Positions 1-9,927 of a stretch of 64,000 nt of DNA are shown in pieces. The stretch is from Planctomycetota bacterium. GTDB taxonomy: Bacteria > Planctomycetota > Brocadiia > Brocadiales > Bathyanammoxibiaceae. Under the pieces are notes generated by a model. It searched no databases and was not told the origin of the DNA. It worked only from the letters and a program-made list of their open reading frames with translations. The stretch is from positions 129,778 through 193,777 of the forward strand of contig JACQVQ010000008.1 in NCBI GenBank assembly GCA_016209685.1. Direction: 5' to 3'. Position 1 is the stretch's first letter. Each line of letters opens with the position of its first letter. The position numbers and the translations under genes were made by a program.

Positions 1-1280
1 GGTTGGTACTGGGACTGTTTGAGGATTTCTACGAGCCTTTGTCCTCTGGCTAGCTGTTCCTTAGTGGTCTTATCAAGTTCTGAGCCAAACTGGGCAAAGG
101 CGGCCAGCTCCCTGTACTGTGCAAGAGTGAGCCTCAGCATCCCCGCCACCTTTTTCATGGCAGGCGTCTGGGCATTACCTCCCACCCTTGATACAGACAG
201 GCCCACGTGTACGGCGGGCCTTATGCCAGAGTAAAAGAGGTCGCTTTCAAGGTATATCTGGCCATCGGTTATAGAGATTACGTTGGTAGGGATATAAGCG
301 GAGTAATCCCCCGCCTGGGTCTCTACCACTGGCAGTGCGGTTAGTGAACCACTTCCAAGCTTTTCGTTGAGTTTAGATGCCCTTTCCAGCAGTCTTGAGT
401 GGAGATTGAAAATATCCCCAGGGAATGCCTCCCTGCCAGGGGGCCGTCTGAGTAAGAGTGAGACCTGGCGGTAGGCAATGGCATGCTTATAAAGGTCGTC
501 ATACATCACCACTGCGTGCTGACCGTTATCCCTGAAGTACTCACCCATGGCACAGCCCGCATAAGGGGCGATGTATTGCAGGGGCGCAGGGTCACTGGCC
601 GAGGCCACCACTACGGTGGTGTACTCCATGGCCTTATACTTCTCAAGGGTGCTTACCAGGTCTGCTATTGTAGAAAGCTTCTGGCCAATAGCTACGTATA
701 TGCACTTTACGCCCGTATCCCTCTGGTTGATGATGGTGTCTACAAGGATGGCCGTCTTCCCCGTCTGCCTATCGCCGATGATTAGCTCCCTCTGCCCACG
801 GCCTATGGGTATCATAGAGTCTATGGCCTTGAGGCCGGTCTGCAATGGCTCCTTTACTGGCATCCTCTCCACGACGCTGGGGGCGCGGCTCTCAATGGGC
901 CTGAAGGTTTCTGAGATTGCCGTTCCTTTACCGTCTATGGGCTGACCGAGGGCATTAACTACCCTCCCTAGAAGCCCCTCCCCTACCGGAACCTGGACAA
1001 TCTTGCCCGTGTTTTTTACTGTGTCCCCTTCCTTTATGCCCTTATCTGAACCAAGCAAGATAGCCCCCACGTTGTCTTCCTCCAGGTTCAGCACAATACC
1101 GTATACACCGGTAGGGAATTCCACTAACTCCCCTGCCATGCAATCATCAAGACCGTAGATTCTTGCCACTCCATCACCTACCTGGAGGACGGTACCTACG
1201 GTCTCCATTTTCAGCTTTTCTTCATAGCCCTCTATCTCTTTCCGGATGATAGAGGCCACTTCATCGGGTCTTAAGACCAT
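1..1280 (-). CDS. atpA: F-type ATP synthase alpha subunit (3' end of gene lies beyond the window edge)
   Basis: Absent from the ORF track because there is no stop in the window. My translation from the ATG at 1280 (minus) gives [21 protein letters not shown]...[24 protein letters not shown] (Walker A). It follows atpH in the canonical order. Confidence 0.93.
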   Translation of the reverse strand, partial: MVLRPDEVASIIRKEIEGYEEKLKMETVGTVLQVGDGVARIYGLDDCMAGELVEFPTGVYGIVLNLEEDNVGAILLGSDKGIKEGDTVKNTGKIVQVPVGEGLLGRVVNALGQPIDGKGTAISETFRPIESRAPSVVERMPVKEPLQTGLKAIDSMIPIGRGQRELIIGDRQTGKTAILVDTIINQRDTGVKCIYVAIGQKLSTIADLVSTLEKYKAMEYTTVVVASASDPAPLQYIAPYAGCAMGEYFRDNGQHAVVMYDDLYKHAIAYRQVSLLLRRPPGREAFPGDIFNLHSRLLERASKLNEKLGSGSLTALPVVETQAGDYSAYIPTNVISITDGQIYLESDLFYSGIRPAVHVGLSVSRVGGNAQTPAMKKVAGMLRLTLAQYRELAAFAQFGSELDKTTKEQLARGQRLVEILKQSQYQ

Positions 1281-1313
1281 AGTTAATCACTCCTGTAAAT
1301 AAAGACTTAAAAG

Positions 1314-1862
1314 CTAGGCCGCCCTGCCTTCCATTAGCCTTCTTCTCAGGTTCACAAGGTGGCCGCGAACACTACCGTCAATTACCGTATTGCCCATACG
1401 TATGACCAAACCGCCCAGTATTTCCGGGTTAATCTCCGTTTTTATCTCCACCCTCTTACCAGAGAGCCTCTTCAGGATTTCTTCAATCCTTGCCAGCCTC
1501 TCCTCCATAAGGGGAATTACCGTTTGTACGGTTGCACGTGCGACCCCGCCAATGAGGTCTGCTACAGACTTGTAGCCGTCCAATATAAATTCCAATATCC
1601 CCTCTCGTCTTTTATCTATAATCAGGCGGAGGAAGTTTCTTACCAGGGGGTCCAGGTGGGGCGCCAGCAGGCTGTCTATCATTGCTGACTTCCTTTCCCT
1701 GGGTATTGCCGGGTGGAGCAGTATTCTCTTCAGTTCCGGGTTCTCGCGGAGGAGTTGCGCCACTTTCTCCAGGTCTTTCACGGTCTCCGGGAAGCGGCCC
1801 CTAGCCTTGGCCGTCTCAAAAAGGGCCTGGACATAACCCACGGCTACGGACTTGTCTAGCAC
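1314..1862 (-). CDS. atpH: ATP synthase delta (OSCP) subunit
   Basis: 182-aa ORF between atpF and atpA with OSCP-like size; 7-nt overlap with atpF. Confidence 0.85.
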   Translation of the reverse strand: MLDKSVAVGYVQALFETAKARGRFPETVKDLEKVAQLLRENPELKRILLHPAIPRERKSAMIDSLLAPHLDPLVRNFLRLIIDKRREGILEFILDGYKSVADLIGGVARATVQTVIPLMEERLARIEEILKRLSGKRVEIKTEINPEILGGLVIRMGNTVIDGSVRGHLVNLRRRLMEGRAA

Positions 1863-2362
1863 CTCAGACCCTCCATCTCCTTTATGAATCCATCCACCAG
1901 TCTTTCTGCCGCTTCCTTGTTCAAAGACTGCTGAATCAATCTCTGCGAGGTAAGCAGAGACAATGCTATCACCTGGTCTCTGATTTCCTGAGCTACTTTT
2001 TTCCTCTCCAGTTCCAGGCTTTCCTTCGCTTTTAGCTTTATTGCCTCGGCCTCCTCTCTGCTCCTCTCTACTATCTCAGAGCCGAGCTTCTTTGCCTCTT
2101 TCACCGCCTCGGTAAGCTTCTTCTCAGCCTCGGCCTCTGTCTCGTAAACCTTCTTCTCGTAGCCTGCCTTTAACCTGGCGGCCTCCTGCCTGTCCCCCTC
2201 TGTCTTTTCGTAGGTATCCCTGATTTCCTCCCTCCTTGCCTTCAGGAGGGCAAATATTTTGTCAAAGAGGAACCTCCTGAGCAGGTAAAGCAGGATTAAG
2301 AAGCCAAGGGCCTGGACAATTACCAGCTTAAAGTCTACTCCTAAGGTTTTTAAGAGTTCCAT
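1856..2362 (-). CDS. atpF: ATP synthase Fo subunit b
   Basis: 168 aa with one N-terminal TM helix followed by a long charged coiled coil (EAEAEKKLTEAVKEAKK). Position is between atpE and atpH. Confidence 0.85.
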   Translation of the reverse strand: MELLKTLGVDFKLVIVQALGFLILLYLLRRFLFDKIFALLKARREEIRDTYEKTEGDRQEAARLKAGYEKKVYETEAEAEKKLTEAVKEAKKLGSEIVERSREEAEAIKLKAKESLELERKKVAQEIRDQVIALSLLTSQRLIQQSLNKEAAERLVDGFIKEMEGLRC

Positions 2363-2371
2363 GGCCCTCTC

Positions 2372-2644
2372 CTATTTAATTGATTGCTTAACCAGCTCAA
2401 GCAGTACGTCAGGGGTGGGAAGTTTTCCCATCAGGATGAAGGTTACCACAAGAGAATAAATGGTGAAGGTCTCAACAAATGCCAGACCAATAAACATCAC
2501 CATCTGGAATCGGTTGTAGAGTTCAGGCTGTCTGGCCATGGCACTAAGGGCACCTGAGATGGTTAGACCTGCACCTACACCGCAACCACCCGCCGCTATT
2601 GCCACAAAGGCAATGGCCAGTACTAGTCCAGCATAATAAATCAT
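2372..2644 (-). CDS. atpE: ATP synthase Fo subunit c
   Basis: 90-aa two-helix hairpin with an ARQPE loop and a conserved carboxylate in LAFVETFTIY. Confidence 0.92.
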   Translation of the reverse strand: MIYYAGLVLAIAFVAIAAGGCGVGAGLTISGALSAMARQPELYNRFQMVMFIGLAFVETFTIYSLVVTFILMGKLPTPDVLLELVKQSIK

Positions 2645-2659
2645 TTAGATTCCTCCTTT

Positions 2660-3400
2660 CTAATGTTTTTCCTCCTCTGTGCCAATGGCACTAGAGATAT
2701 ACACGGTGGCAAGAATAGCGAAGATTGCCGCCTGAAGGGTAGCGCACAAGAGGTCAAGTGCTACCATGGGGAGCTGTACAGGGATGGGGATAAAACCCAG
2801 AAGGAATGGGGAGAATCCCACGAATATAGTCAGTACGGTGTCCTCCCCTGTGAGGTTCCCGAATAATCGCATGGAAAGGGAGAGGGGCCTGGATATGAAC
2901 TCCTGCACCAGGTGCAAGGGGAACATCAGGGGCGCCATCCACCTGGGCTGGCCCATCAGGTGTTTAAGATAGCCCAGGGGGCCGTTATGTTTGAGGCCGT
3001 AGTAATGGGTAAGTAAGAAGACAAAAAGGGTCAGCGCAAGGGTGGTATTATAATTGGCCGTAGGAGAGCGAAAGAGCGGCACCTGCCCTATTATATTCAT
3101 TACCCATATATAGATGAACAAAGTGCCTATAAAGGGTACAAAGGCCGCCCCCACCTTCCCCATGTTGGCCTTCACAAGGTCATCAAGAAACTCCACCACC
3201 AGCTCCAGAAGGGCCTGTACGCTCCCAGGAACCCTCTCAAGCCGGCGGGTGTAAAGGTGGCAGAACGACACCAGGGAGACAATTATCAACATAGACATCA
3301 TCACCGGCAACCACTGGTGCAGTGTCAGCCCAAGGAAGTGTCGGTGCATGTCCAGGAAGAGGTCTAAAAAAGTGGGCAGTTCCTTAATCCCTGTTTCCAT
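2660..3400 (-). CDS. atpB: ATP synthase Fo subunit a
   Basis: 246-aa polytopic protein with the conserved Arg motif SLSMRLFGN. Confidence 0.9.
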   Translation of the reverse strand: METGIKELPTFLDLFLDMHRHFLGLTLHQWLPVMMSMLIIVSLVSFCHLYTRRLERVPGSVQALLELVVEFLDDLVKANMGKVGAAFVPFIGTLFIYIWVMNIIGQVPLFRSPTANYNTTLALTLFVFLLTHYYGLKHNGPLGYLKHLMGQPRWMAPLMFPLHLVQEFISRPLSLSMRLFGNLTGEDTVLTIFVGFSPFLLGFIPIPVQLPMVALDLLCATLQAAIFAILATVYISSAIGTEEEKH

Positions 3401-3403
3401 ACC

Positions 3404-3850
3404 TTAATTCCTTACACCCTTAGTTTGCGACCCCTGCGAGCTGTCTAGATAATTCACAAACACTATCCCTAGCATCTTTGAACTTAGCACCATCGGTACA
3501 AGGCTTAGCCCCACCAGAAAGGCAATTACATGCACCTGCAGGTAACTAAACATGATATAGAAAATTACGCATAACACAAAATACTTCAGGAGGTTTATCA
3601 AGGCAAAGAACTGCTTTCCAGACGGATTTCCCCTCTGGAAAAACTGCTGCACTGTCCACCACTGGAGTCTGCATAGCCCCAGGCTAATGGCACAACCTAT
3701 AAGTACACTATAAGAGATTTGAAAGGACCGGAAGGAGGTGGAACAAAGGGCTATCATGGCCATGAAAAAGAGGCTCGTGTTAAAGACCCTCTTTGGAAAA
3801 CCCTCGTCAAGGACTAACATATCGGTCTTTGTTTCCTGAGACCCCATCAT
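3404..3850 (-). CDS. ATP synthase protein I-like membrane protein
   Basis: 148-aa, 4-TM ORF immediately upstream of atpB, overlapping the next ORF by 4 nt. Assigned by position and topology only. Confidence 0.5.
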   Translation of the reverse strand: MMGSQETKTDMLVLDEGFPKRVFNTSLFFMAMIALCSTSFRSFQISYSVLIGCAISLGLCRLQWWTVQQFFQRGNPSGKQFFALINLLKYFVLCVIFYIMFSYLQVHVIAFLVGLSLVPMVLSSKMLGIVFVNYLDSSQGSQTKGVRN

Positions 3851-4116
3851 CTCTTCTTCCCGGCCTTTTCTTCTTCCTCCTGAAGCTTTTTCGCTACCCT
3901 ATAAAATTCCAGGAACCCCGAGGCAATCCCCAAAAATAGGAATATCAGCATTAACCGCGGGGCAGTACCAAAGCGAGAATCTAAATAGCTGCCTACAAGG
4001 TAACCCCCCACGATTGAACCTACCATAAAAAACCCAAGGCCCAGCGCCCTTTGAAGGGCTGGTCGCGGAGTACCGTCATTTCTGCCAAATATACCTAACA
4101 CCAATACACTCGTCAT
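3847..4116 (-). CDS. AtpZ/ATPase_gene1-like small membrane protein
   Basis: 89 aa with two TM helices (GLGFFMVGSIVGGYLVGSYLD...LIFLFLGIASGF). This is the first gene position in many atp operons. Confidence 0.55.
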   Translation of the reverse strand: MTSVLVLGIFGRNDGTPRPALQRALGLGFFMVGSIVGGYLVGSYLDSRFGTAPRLMLIFLFLGIASGFLEFYRVAKKLQEEEEKAGKKR

Positions 4117-4137
4117 TACGGATTGAAGGGCTACAGC

Positions 4138-4773
4138 TCACTCTTCCCTGAGGAAAAAGAATTTCTTGAGGGCCATCATTGTGTACCAGTTGAGCCTGAC
4201 TATGCACTCAAGCATGTTCAGAAATACTGGCGAGGCCTTAGGCATACAGACCCCTGCTATAAGCCTTTCCTCATGTTCAAGGGCGTAGCTGTCGGCAATC
4301 TCATTCAGATGAGACCCCTTTTCTAATGCATGCCCCAGGAGAAACTGGTTCTTGGTCAAAAAGGCATCTCCGGCATTTTTAATGACTTCGCGGGTATTCT
4401 CAGAGAGGTACTTTAACTCCCCAATGGCCTTATCGCTGAAAAGGAGGTCCTCATTCACTTTAATCTTCACCGGAGGAAACATCCCCCTGACGGCATCTAC
4501 CGCCCTTTGAAGGTGAGTGGCCGCCGAGACTACTCCCTTTAATTGCTCTTTTTCTTCTTTAGTCTTGACGGATACATCACTGAGCGAGGCTATTATCTCC
4601 TCTCCTAACTTATGAATCTCATTAGCTGGTACCTCAGCCTCCTCTAACTTCTTTACGTTATGCTGTACAAAAGCATCCATAGTAGTATCAAACGTCCTCT
4701 CAAGCTTAGTACACATCAGGCTAAGTTTTTGAGAGATTTCCCTCAGTAGTTTGTCATCCTCTTCCATGTCCAT
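4138..4773 (-). CDS. Hypothetical helical cytoplasmic protein upstream of the atp genes
   Basis: 211-aa ORF, acidic and helical. I could not recognise a family confidently. Confidence 0.4.
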   Translation of the reverse strand: MDMEEDDKLLREISQKLSLMCTKLERTFDTTMDAFVQHNVKKLEEAEVPANEIHKLGEEIIASLSDVSVKTKEEKEQLKGVVSAATHLQRAVDAVRGMFPPVKIKVNEDLLFSDKAIGELKYLSENTREVIKNAGDAFLTKNQFLLGHALEKGSHLNEIADSYALEHEERLIAGVCMPKASPVFLNMLECIVRLNWYTMMALKKFFFLREE

Positions 4774-4905
4774 CCACGAAGGCTAGAGATTTCTCACTGC
4801 TTAACGACCTGCCGCATAAGCCTCTACCGTGAGCCTTTTAAGGTCTAGAACAGTTAAATCTCTTTATCCCCACGACCTAAGAAAGGGTTCTCTAGTAAAA
4901 AATGC

Positions 4906-4933
4906 ATTTTACTAAATTGAAAGGCTTTGTCAA
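4906..4933 (-). promoter_or_regulatory. Sigma70-like promoter (TTGACA-N16-TAAAAT on the minus strand) facing the 4773 ORF and atp genes
   Basis: Reverse complement of 4906-4933 reads TTGACAAAGCCTTTCAATTTAGTAAAAT. Confidence 0.4.
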
Positions 4934-4986
4934 GGTGCATAACTGCTGGGCCTGGGACATGAGCCCGCACATTGCATTGGCAGTTT

Positions 4987-5177
4987 GAGACCTCTGCGAA
5001 AGTCTACACAGCACTACCTGTCATTCTGACCCTGAACGAAGTGAAGGGGAAGAATCTCTAGACCCTTCGCTTTCGCTCAGGGTGACACTTCGTGCCAGAT
5101 TCTTCGGTCGCTTCCCCTTCGCTCCGCTCAGGGCTTCGGCTCGGAATGACATGTGAGTAGGGTTTTGCAGGGGTCTC
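4987..5177. mobile_element. MITE, composite 191-bp copy, TSD AGTTT
   Basis: Ends are GAGACCTCTGCGAAAG...TTTTGCAGGGGTCTC. Flanked by AGTTT at 4982-4986 and 5178-5182. Internal GTCATTCTGA.../...GGAATGAC hairpin modules. Confidence 0.85.
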
Positions 5178-5275
5178 AGTTTGTGACAAAAGCGTTTTAT
5201 TCCCATTGTCCTGGAGATAGGTCCGCCTCAGGCGGATGAGACCTGCCCTGAACCGTGCTGGTTCAGGGCCTGCCC

Positions 5276-6013
5276 CTATATTTTCTCCTCCACCTCTGGC
5301 CTCCTGAGATAGAGGGGTTGGAGTTGGAAGGGGTCGCTAATCTCGTCCTTCTCGTAGAGTTGAACCCCCAACCTGGCCACGACCCTTGCCCTTGCCGTCC
5401 CCAGTCCACCATCTTTAATTATAATCCCATCCACGTGAAAGAGTTCCTTGTAAGGGGGTACACCATCTCCAAAGATTAGGACGGGTCTTGGGAGGAGGGG
5501 TAGCAGGGAATGGGGCTCAATGGCCATGCAGTCGGTCTGTCTCTGCCATACGCCATTTACTGGTCTGTAAATACAGGCATAGACCGCCCTCCTCTTGGCA
5601 TCCAGGATTGGGCAGATGGGTGTATCACCGGGGGTAACGTTCTCCGCCAGGACGTCCAGTGTGGGTACTGCTACCAGGGGTTTCCTTAGTACATAGGCCA
5701 GGGTCTTGGCACACGTTATCCCTACCCTGAGACCGGTAAAGGAACCTGGCCCGTGGCTTACTGCAATAAGGTCGGTATCCTCTGGCCGCCAGCCCAGGTC
5801 CCTGAAGATTTCCTCTATGGAAGGGAGTAGTGCCTGGCCGTGTCTCTTGACGCCAGGCCCACCTGGGCCTGCCCTTGAGCGGAGCGAAGGGGTAGATACC
5901 GCCCCCCTCTCAAAAGACCTCTCCCCCAGGGTGGTAAGGCCCCCCCCAACGCTACCCTCGCACACGGCCACACTACCCACCATTCCAGAGGTCTCTATAG
6001 CTACCACCCTCAA
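5276..6013 (-). CDS. tsaB: tRNA threonylcarbamoyladenosine (t6A) biosynthesis protein TsaB, carrying a repeat-derived in-frame insertion
   Basis: MRVVAIETSG...AVSHGPGSFTGLRVGI motifs with a TTG start. The segment VSTPSLRSRAGPGGPG (about 5851-5900) is encoded by a repeat module also present at 43796-43845. Confidence 0.85.
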   Translation of the reverse strand: MRVVAIETSGMVGSVAVCEGSVGGGLTTLGERSFERGAVSTPSLRSRAGPGGPGVKRHGQALLPSIEEIFRDLGWRPEDTDLIAVSHGPGSFTGLRVGITCAKTLAYVLRKPLVAVPTLDVLAENVTPGDTPICPILDAKRRAVYACIYRPVNGVWQRQTDCMAIEPHSLLPLLPRPVLIFGDGVPPYKELFHVDGIIIKDGGLGTARARVVARLGVQLYEKDEISDPFQLQPLYLRRPEVEEKI

Positions 6014-6149
6014 GTGTATACCTCCTAAAGGGATTGTAGACAGAAGATTGGAAATTGGAAATTTTAAATTTTAAAATTTCCAATCTTCAATTTCTAATTA
6101 TTCTACTCCCTACTCCCTACTCCCTAGTCTTTACCCCCTTACAATTTAC

Positions 6150-6178
6150 TTGACACAGGGGTTGGGTTTCCATAATAA
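6150..6178 (+). promoter_or_regulatory. Sigma70-like promoter TTGACA-N17-TAATAA upstream of the histidine kinase
   Basis: Sequence read directly: ttgacacaggggttgggtttccataataa. Confidence 0.4.
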
Positions 6179-6290
6179 TAAATTTATAATTTCTGTGCAC
6201 ATACCAGTTTGCCGCCTGGCCTTGTAACAGCTTGTAATAGTTAAGGTATAGCTGGCGAATCAATATTTTCCTCCTGAGAGGGGTAGTCTG

Positions 6291-8012
6291 GTGAATCCAT
6301 CAAGAGACCTTTTCCAAGAAGAACTTATAGAGCGACTCTACTGGTTTATCCGCTTGAGGTGGTTTGCGGTGGCCGGGGTGCTTGGGGTAGTGTGGGTTGC
6401 TTATGATTGGGGGATTGTGGACTCCCCCACCCCGTTTGTTGTTATTTCTTTAATCCTATTGGTCTTAAACGTCCTTTTTTCCATCCATGCAGACCGTGCC
6501 AAGGAACATCCACAGTGGGCAACTATTAATGCCAGGGTACAGATTATATGTGACCTGTTGGGTCTCCTAGCGCTCCTCCACTTCGCAGGGGGCGCAGAGA
6601 ACCCCTTCCTGTTCTATTTTGTCTTCCATACCATACTGGCCAGCATCCTGTTAGAGCGTAGAGAGAGCTACTTCTTTGCCTTCACGACCATACTACTATT
6701 TGGGGTGCTCGTGTCTCTGGAATATACGGGGGTTCTACCCCACCATCCTCTTTTAAAATATAAAAATCCTTTTGTGAGTCTGGCTGGCCCGGCGTGGTGG
6801 AAGGAACCTGTTTATCTGACGGGCATACTATTTGTGTTTGCTACCACGGTGCTTTTTTCCACCTACTTTACCGTCTCCGTGGCTACGAAGCTCAGGGAGC
6901 GGAGCCGCAGGCTGAAGGCCCTGCAGGAAGAACTCCTGAGGACGGAGAAGGATAAGTGGAAGGCCATAATTGAATGCATGAAGGAGGGGGTCATCTACGT
7001 GGATAATGGAGGAAAGATAGACTTTTATAACGCCTCCGCCGCAGACGTTAAGGAGTTAACCCTCTCTGCATGTTATCCTGCCTATAGTCATGAGGCCCTT
7101 GGGGAGCAGGTGGAAGACCCCTCCAGTTCCAACAGGATACTCCAGGCAGGGGGAAGGGTGTACGAGAGTACCTGTTCCCCGATAAGAGATTCCGAGGGCA
7201 AGCATCTGGGTACGGTGCTGGTGAATCGTGACATAACGGAGCGGAGGGAGATGGAAAAGAGGCTCATGCACCAGGAAAAGATGACGGTTATTGGTAAACT
7301 GGCCGCAGGGATAGCCCATGAACTGAATAACCCCCTTGGGGTCATCTCCATGTTCACTCAAATGGCCCTTAAGAAGGTCCCAAGCGATAATCCCCTGCAG
7401 GAGTACCTGGATACTATAAAGAGGAACACAGACGTATGCAAGAAGGTTATCCAGAGCCTCCTTTCCTATGCCAGGATGGTGCCCGTCCATCCCAGGGATA
7501 TAAACCTTAACGACTGCGTAACGGACGTCCTATTTATGTGCCGTCCCTTAGTGGAGAAGCAGGGGATAAGACTGGAGACCGAGCTTTACAAGGGGCTTCC
7601 CCTCTTTAAGGGAGACCCTGACCTCCTTCGGCAGGTGTTTATGAACATAGTAGTTAATGCTATCCAGGCACTGGAGGAAGGCGGCAGGTTAAGGGTAGCC
7701 TCTGATGTCCTCCAAGAAGATAGTACCCTGGAAGCCGTGAGACTGGTCTTTGAGGACAATGGCCCGGGGATAGCCCCTGAGCATATGGCCAGGCTCTTTG
7801 AGCCCTTCTTTACTACGAAGCCAGAGGGCGCGGGGACCGGGCTGGGACTTTCCACCTGTAAGAACATTGTGGAGAGGCACGGTGGTTTCATGCAGGTGGA
7901 GAGTGAGGTGGGCAAGGGTAGCCGCTTTACGGTGGTCTTGCCCGTTAAGGGAGAATTTGCCAGGGAAGGGGATTCTATGGTAAGGGCTGAAAGTCTCTGG
8001 AGTTGGAAATAG
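6291..8012 (+). CDS. Membrane sensor histidine kinase (multi-TM, PAS, HisKA, HATPase)
   Basis: H-box AAGIAHELNNPLG, N-box NIVVNAIQA, G-boxes EDNGPGI and GTGLGLS, and about 6 N-terminal TM helices. Confidence 0.88.
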   Translation: MNPSRDLFQEELIERLYWFIRLRWFAVAGVLGVVWVAYDWGIVDSPTPFVVISLILLVLNVLFSIHADRAKEHPQWATINARVQIICDLLGLLALLHFAGGAENPFLFYFVFHTILASILLERRESYFFAFTTILLFGVLVSLEYTGVLPHHPLLKYKNPFVSLAGPAWWKEPVYLTGILFVFATTVLFSTYFTVSVATKLRERSRRLKALQEELLRTEKDKWKAIIECMKEGVIYVDNGGKIDFYNASAADVKELTLSACYPAYSHEALGEQVEDPSSSNRILQAGGRVYESTCSPIRDSEGKHLGTVLVNRDITERREMEKRLMHQEKMTVIGKLAAGIAHELNNPLGVISMFTQMALKKVPSDNPLQEYLDTIKRNTDVCKKVIQSLLSYARMVPVHPRDINLNDCVTDVLFMCRPLVEKQGIRLETELYKGLPLFKGDPDLLRQVFMNIVVNAIQALEEGGRLRVASDVLQEDSTLEAVRLVFEDNGPGIAPEHMARLFEPFFTTKPEGAGTGLGLSTCKNIVERHGGFMQVESEVGKGSRFTVVLPVKGEFAREGDSMVRAESLWSWK

Positions 8013-8084
8013 TGGCGTGCGAATAGTGCCTGAGGTACCTGCCCGGAGTAGGGGGTAGGCCCTGCACCACCCTTGTACCACAAG

Positions 8085-8164
8085 GGTACAGGGCAAGGGT
8101 GTAGGACAAAGCCCTGTACCTAATTATTGGTACGGGGCAAGGGTGCAGGGTAAAGCCCTGTACC
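8085..8164. repeat. Two tandem copies of a hairpin unit (GGTACAGGGC-N16-GCCCTGTACC) between the kinase and regulator genes
   Basis: 8085-8120 has a perfect 10-bp stem. 8129-8164 is the same unit with one G/T mismatch. A partial third unit follows. Confidence 0.8.
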
Positions 8165-8201
8165 TGATTGGTACAGGGGAGTAGGGTGTAGGGAGAAGAG
8201 G

Positions 8202-9614
8202 ATGTACAACCCTTCTATTTTCGTAGTGGATGATGATCCAGATATGGTGAAAGGCCTCGTCCTTGTGCTGAGGGAGATAGGGGAGGTAGGTACTGCCCCT
8301 ACGGCGGAAGAGGCCCTGGAGTATATAAAGAGAAACCCGGTGGACGTACTGGTAACAGACGTCCGCATGCCGGGGATTGGTGGAATCTCCCTCCTGGAAA
8401 AGGTAAAGGAGTTTCGTCCCAAGATAGAGGTTATAGTCCTTACGGCGTATGGTTCTATAGAGTCTGCCATAGATGCCATGAAGAAGGGGGCCTATCATTA
8501 CGTTACGAAGCCATTTAATAATGATGAGCTATTGATAGTGGTACAGAGGGCCCTCCAGGATAAGCGCTTCCATGAGGAGTTAGAATATCTCAGGGAGAAG
8601 GTGAACAAGGCCCATGTCTTTGAGAATATCATTGGGCGTGACTGGAAGATACAGGAAATCTTTGAGACCATCAAGAAGGTCTCGCCCTCTAAAGTACCCA
8701 TACTCATCCAGGGGGAGAGCGGTACCGGCAAGGAGCTTATTGCCAGGGCCATACACCAGCACAGCCCCCGCTCCAAGAACCGCTTCCTTGGGATTAATAC
8801 CGCCGCCTTACCAGAGAACCTGCTGGAGGCCGAACTCTTTGGATACAAGAAGGGGGCATTTACCGGGGCAGATTACGACAAAAAAGGCCTCTTAGTCCAG
8901 GCCACACAGGGGACTTTCTTCCTGGATGAGATAGGTAGCATGTCCCTGGCCTTCCAGAGTAAGCTACTGCGGGTGATACAGGAGATGGAGGTTATCCCTG
9001 TGGGTGCTACCGAGCCGTTAAAGATAGACGTCCGTTTTATCTCTGCAACCCACACCGACCTGGAGAAGGCCGTTAAAGACGGCGCGTTCAGGGAGGACCT
9101 CTACTACAGACTCAACGTGGTGAGGATTAACGTCCCCCCACTGAGGGAGAGGAAAGAGGATATACCCCTCCTGGCAGGTCATTTCCTGGAGAAATGGGCA
9201 GAAGGGGAAGAAAAGAAGGGTCTTACCCCAGGCGCCCTCAGGCGTTTAATGGAGTATGACTGGCCAGGTAACGTCAGGGAACTGGAGAACGTTATCCAGA
9301 GGGCCATGCTAGTTGCAGAAGGAGTGGATATACAGCCTTCAGACATCCTGCTCAGGCAGGAACCGCTCCCATGGTTAGTAGAGGCCGAGGGTTATAGCAG
9401 TGTCACTTACGATAAGGCTAAGGAGGAGGTCTTCCGCCACTTCCAGCGAGAATACTTTACCAACCTCCTCAAGAGGTGTAACGGTAATATTACCCTTGCG
9501 GCCGAAAAGAGCGGTATAACCAGGACTGCCTTGCACCGCATCATAAAGAAACTGAACCTTTCCGAAGAAGTCCTGACCATGCGAGACTCCCTACCTCAGG
9601 TTACCTCAAAATAG
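8202..9614 (+). CDS. Sigma54-dependent response regulator (NtrC family enhancer-binding protein)
   Basis: Receiver domain (DVLVTDVRMPG), Walker A GESGTGKE, GAFTGA loop (KKGAFTGA) and a C-terminal HTH. Confidence 0.93.
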   Translation: MYNPSIFVVDDDPDMVKGLVLVLREIGEVGTAPTAEEALEYIKRNPVDVLVTDVRMPGIGGISLLEKVKEFRPKIEVIVLTAYGSIESAIDAMKKGAYHYVTKPFNNDELLIVVQRALQDKRFHEELEYLREKVNKAHVFENIIGRDWKIQEIFETIKKVSPSKVPILIQGESGTGKELIARAIHQHSPRSKNRFLGINTAALPENLLEAELFGYKKGAFTGADYDKKGLLVQATQGTFFLDEIGSMSLAFQSKLLRVIQEMEVIPVGATEPLKIDVRFISATHTDLEKAVKDGAFREDLYYRLNVVRINVPPLRERKEDIPLLAGHFLEKWAEGEEKKGLTPGALRRLMEYDWPGNVRELENVIQRAMLVAEGVDIQPSDILLRQEPLPWLVEAEGYSSVTYDKAKEEVFRHFQREYFTNLLKRCNGNITLAAEKSGITRTALHRIIKKLNLSEEVLTMRDSLPQVTSK

Positions 9615-9861
9615 AAATACACATTTATGATTATTCCAGCCGCACAGTGGCTGGACTCCACACAGAACGCACACTCTAGTACACAGGCATGTATACTAGA
9701 GTATACCCACCCAGGTCTTTTATTATTAAGCACTTACACCTGTCGCCCCACGGCTTGCCAACGGGGTTGTAACAGGGCCGTCCTCATTTGCACTCACAGA
9801 AGTTGTACCAACCCCTTTACTCTCAAGAAGTTAAGAAAAGGCTTGAGGCATGGTTACTAAA

Positions 9862-9877
9862 TGGTATGTCAATTGCT
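9862..9877 (+). promoter_or_regulatory. Sigma54 (-24/-12) promoter TGGTATGTCAATTGCT
   Basis: GG (9863-9864), N10, then GC (9875-9876), matching TGGCAC-N5-TTGC at 9 of the 10 specified positions (only the C>T change in the -24 hexamer). Lies about 50 nt upstream of the 9928 ORF and downstream of a sigma54 activator gene. Confidence 0.6.
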
Positions 9878-9927
9878 ACCGTGTCTAGGGCGAGGTGGAA
9901 AACTTATATATATTTGGGTGAGATTGC

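Noticed and set aside
5021-5206. 61-aa minus-strand ORF (MGIKRFCHKLRPLQNPTHMSFRAEALSG...)
   Set aside because: It lies almost entirely inside the composite MITE at 4987-5177. Similar pseudo-peptides (SFRAE, VILSEAK) arise from every copy, so it is repeat DNA rather than a gene.
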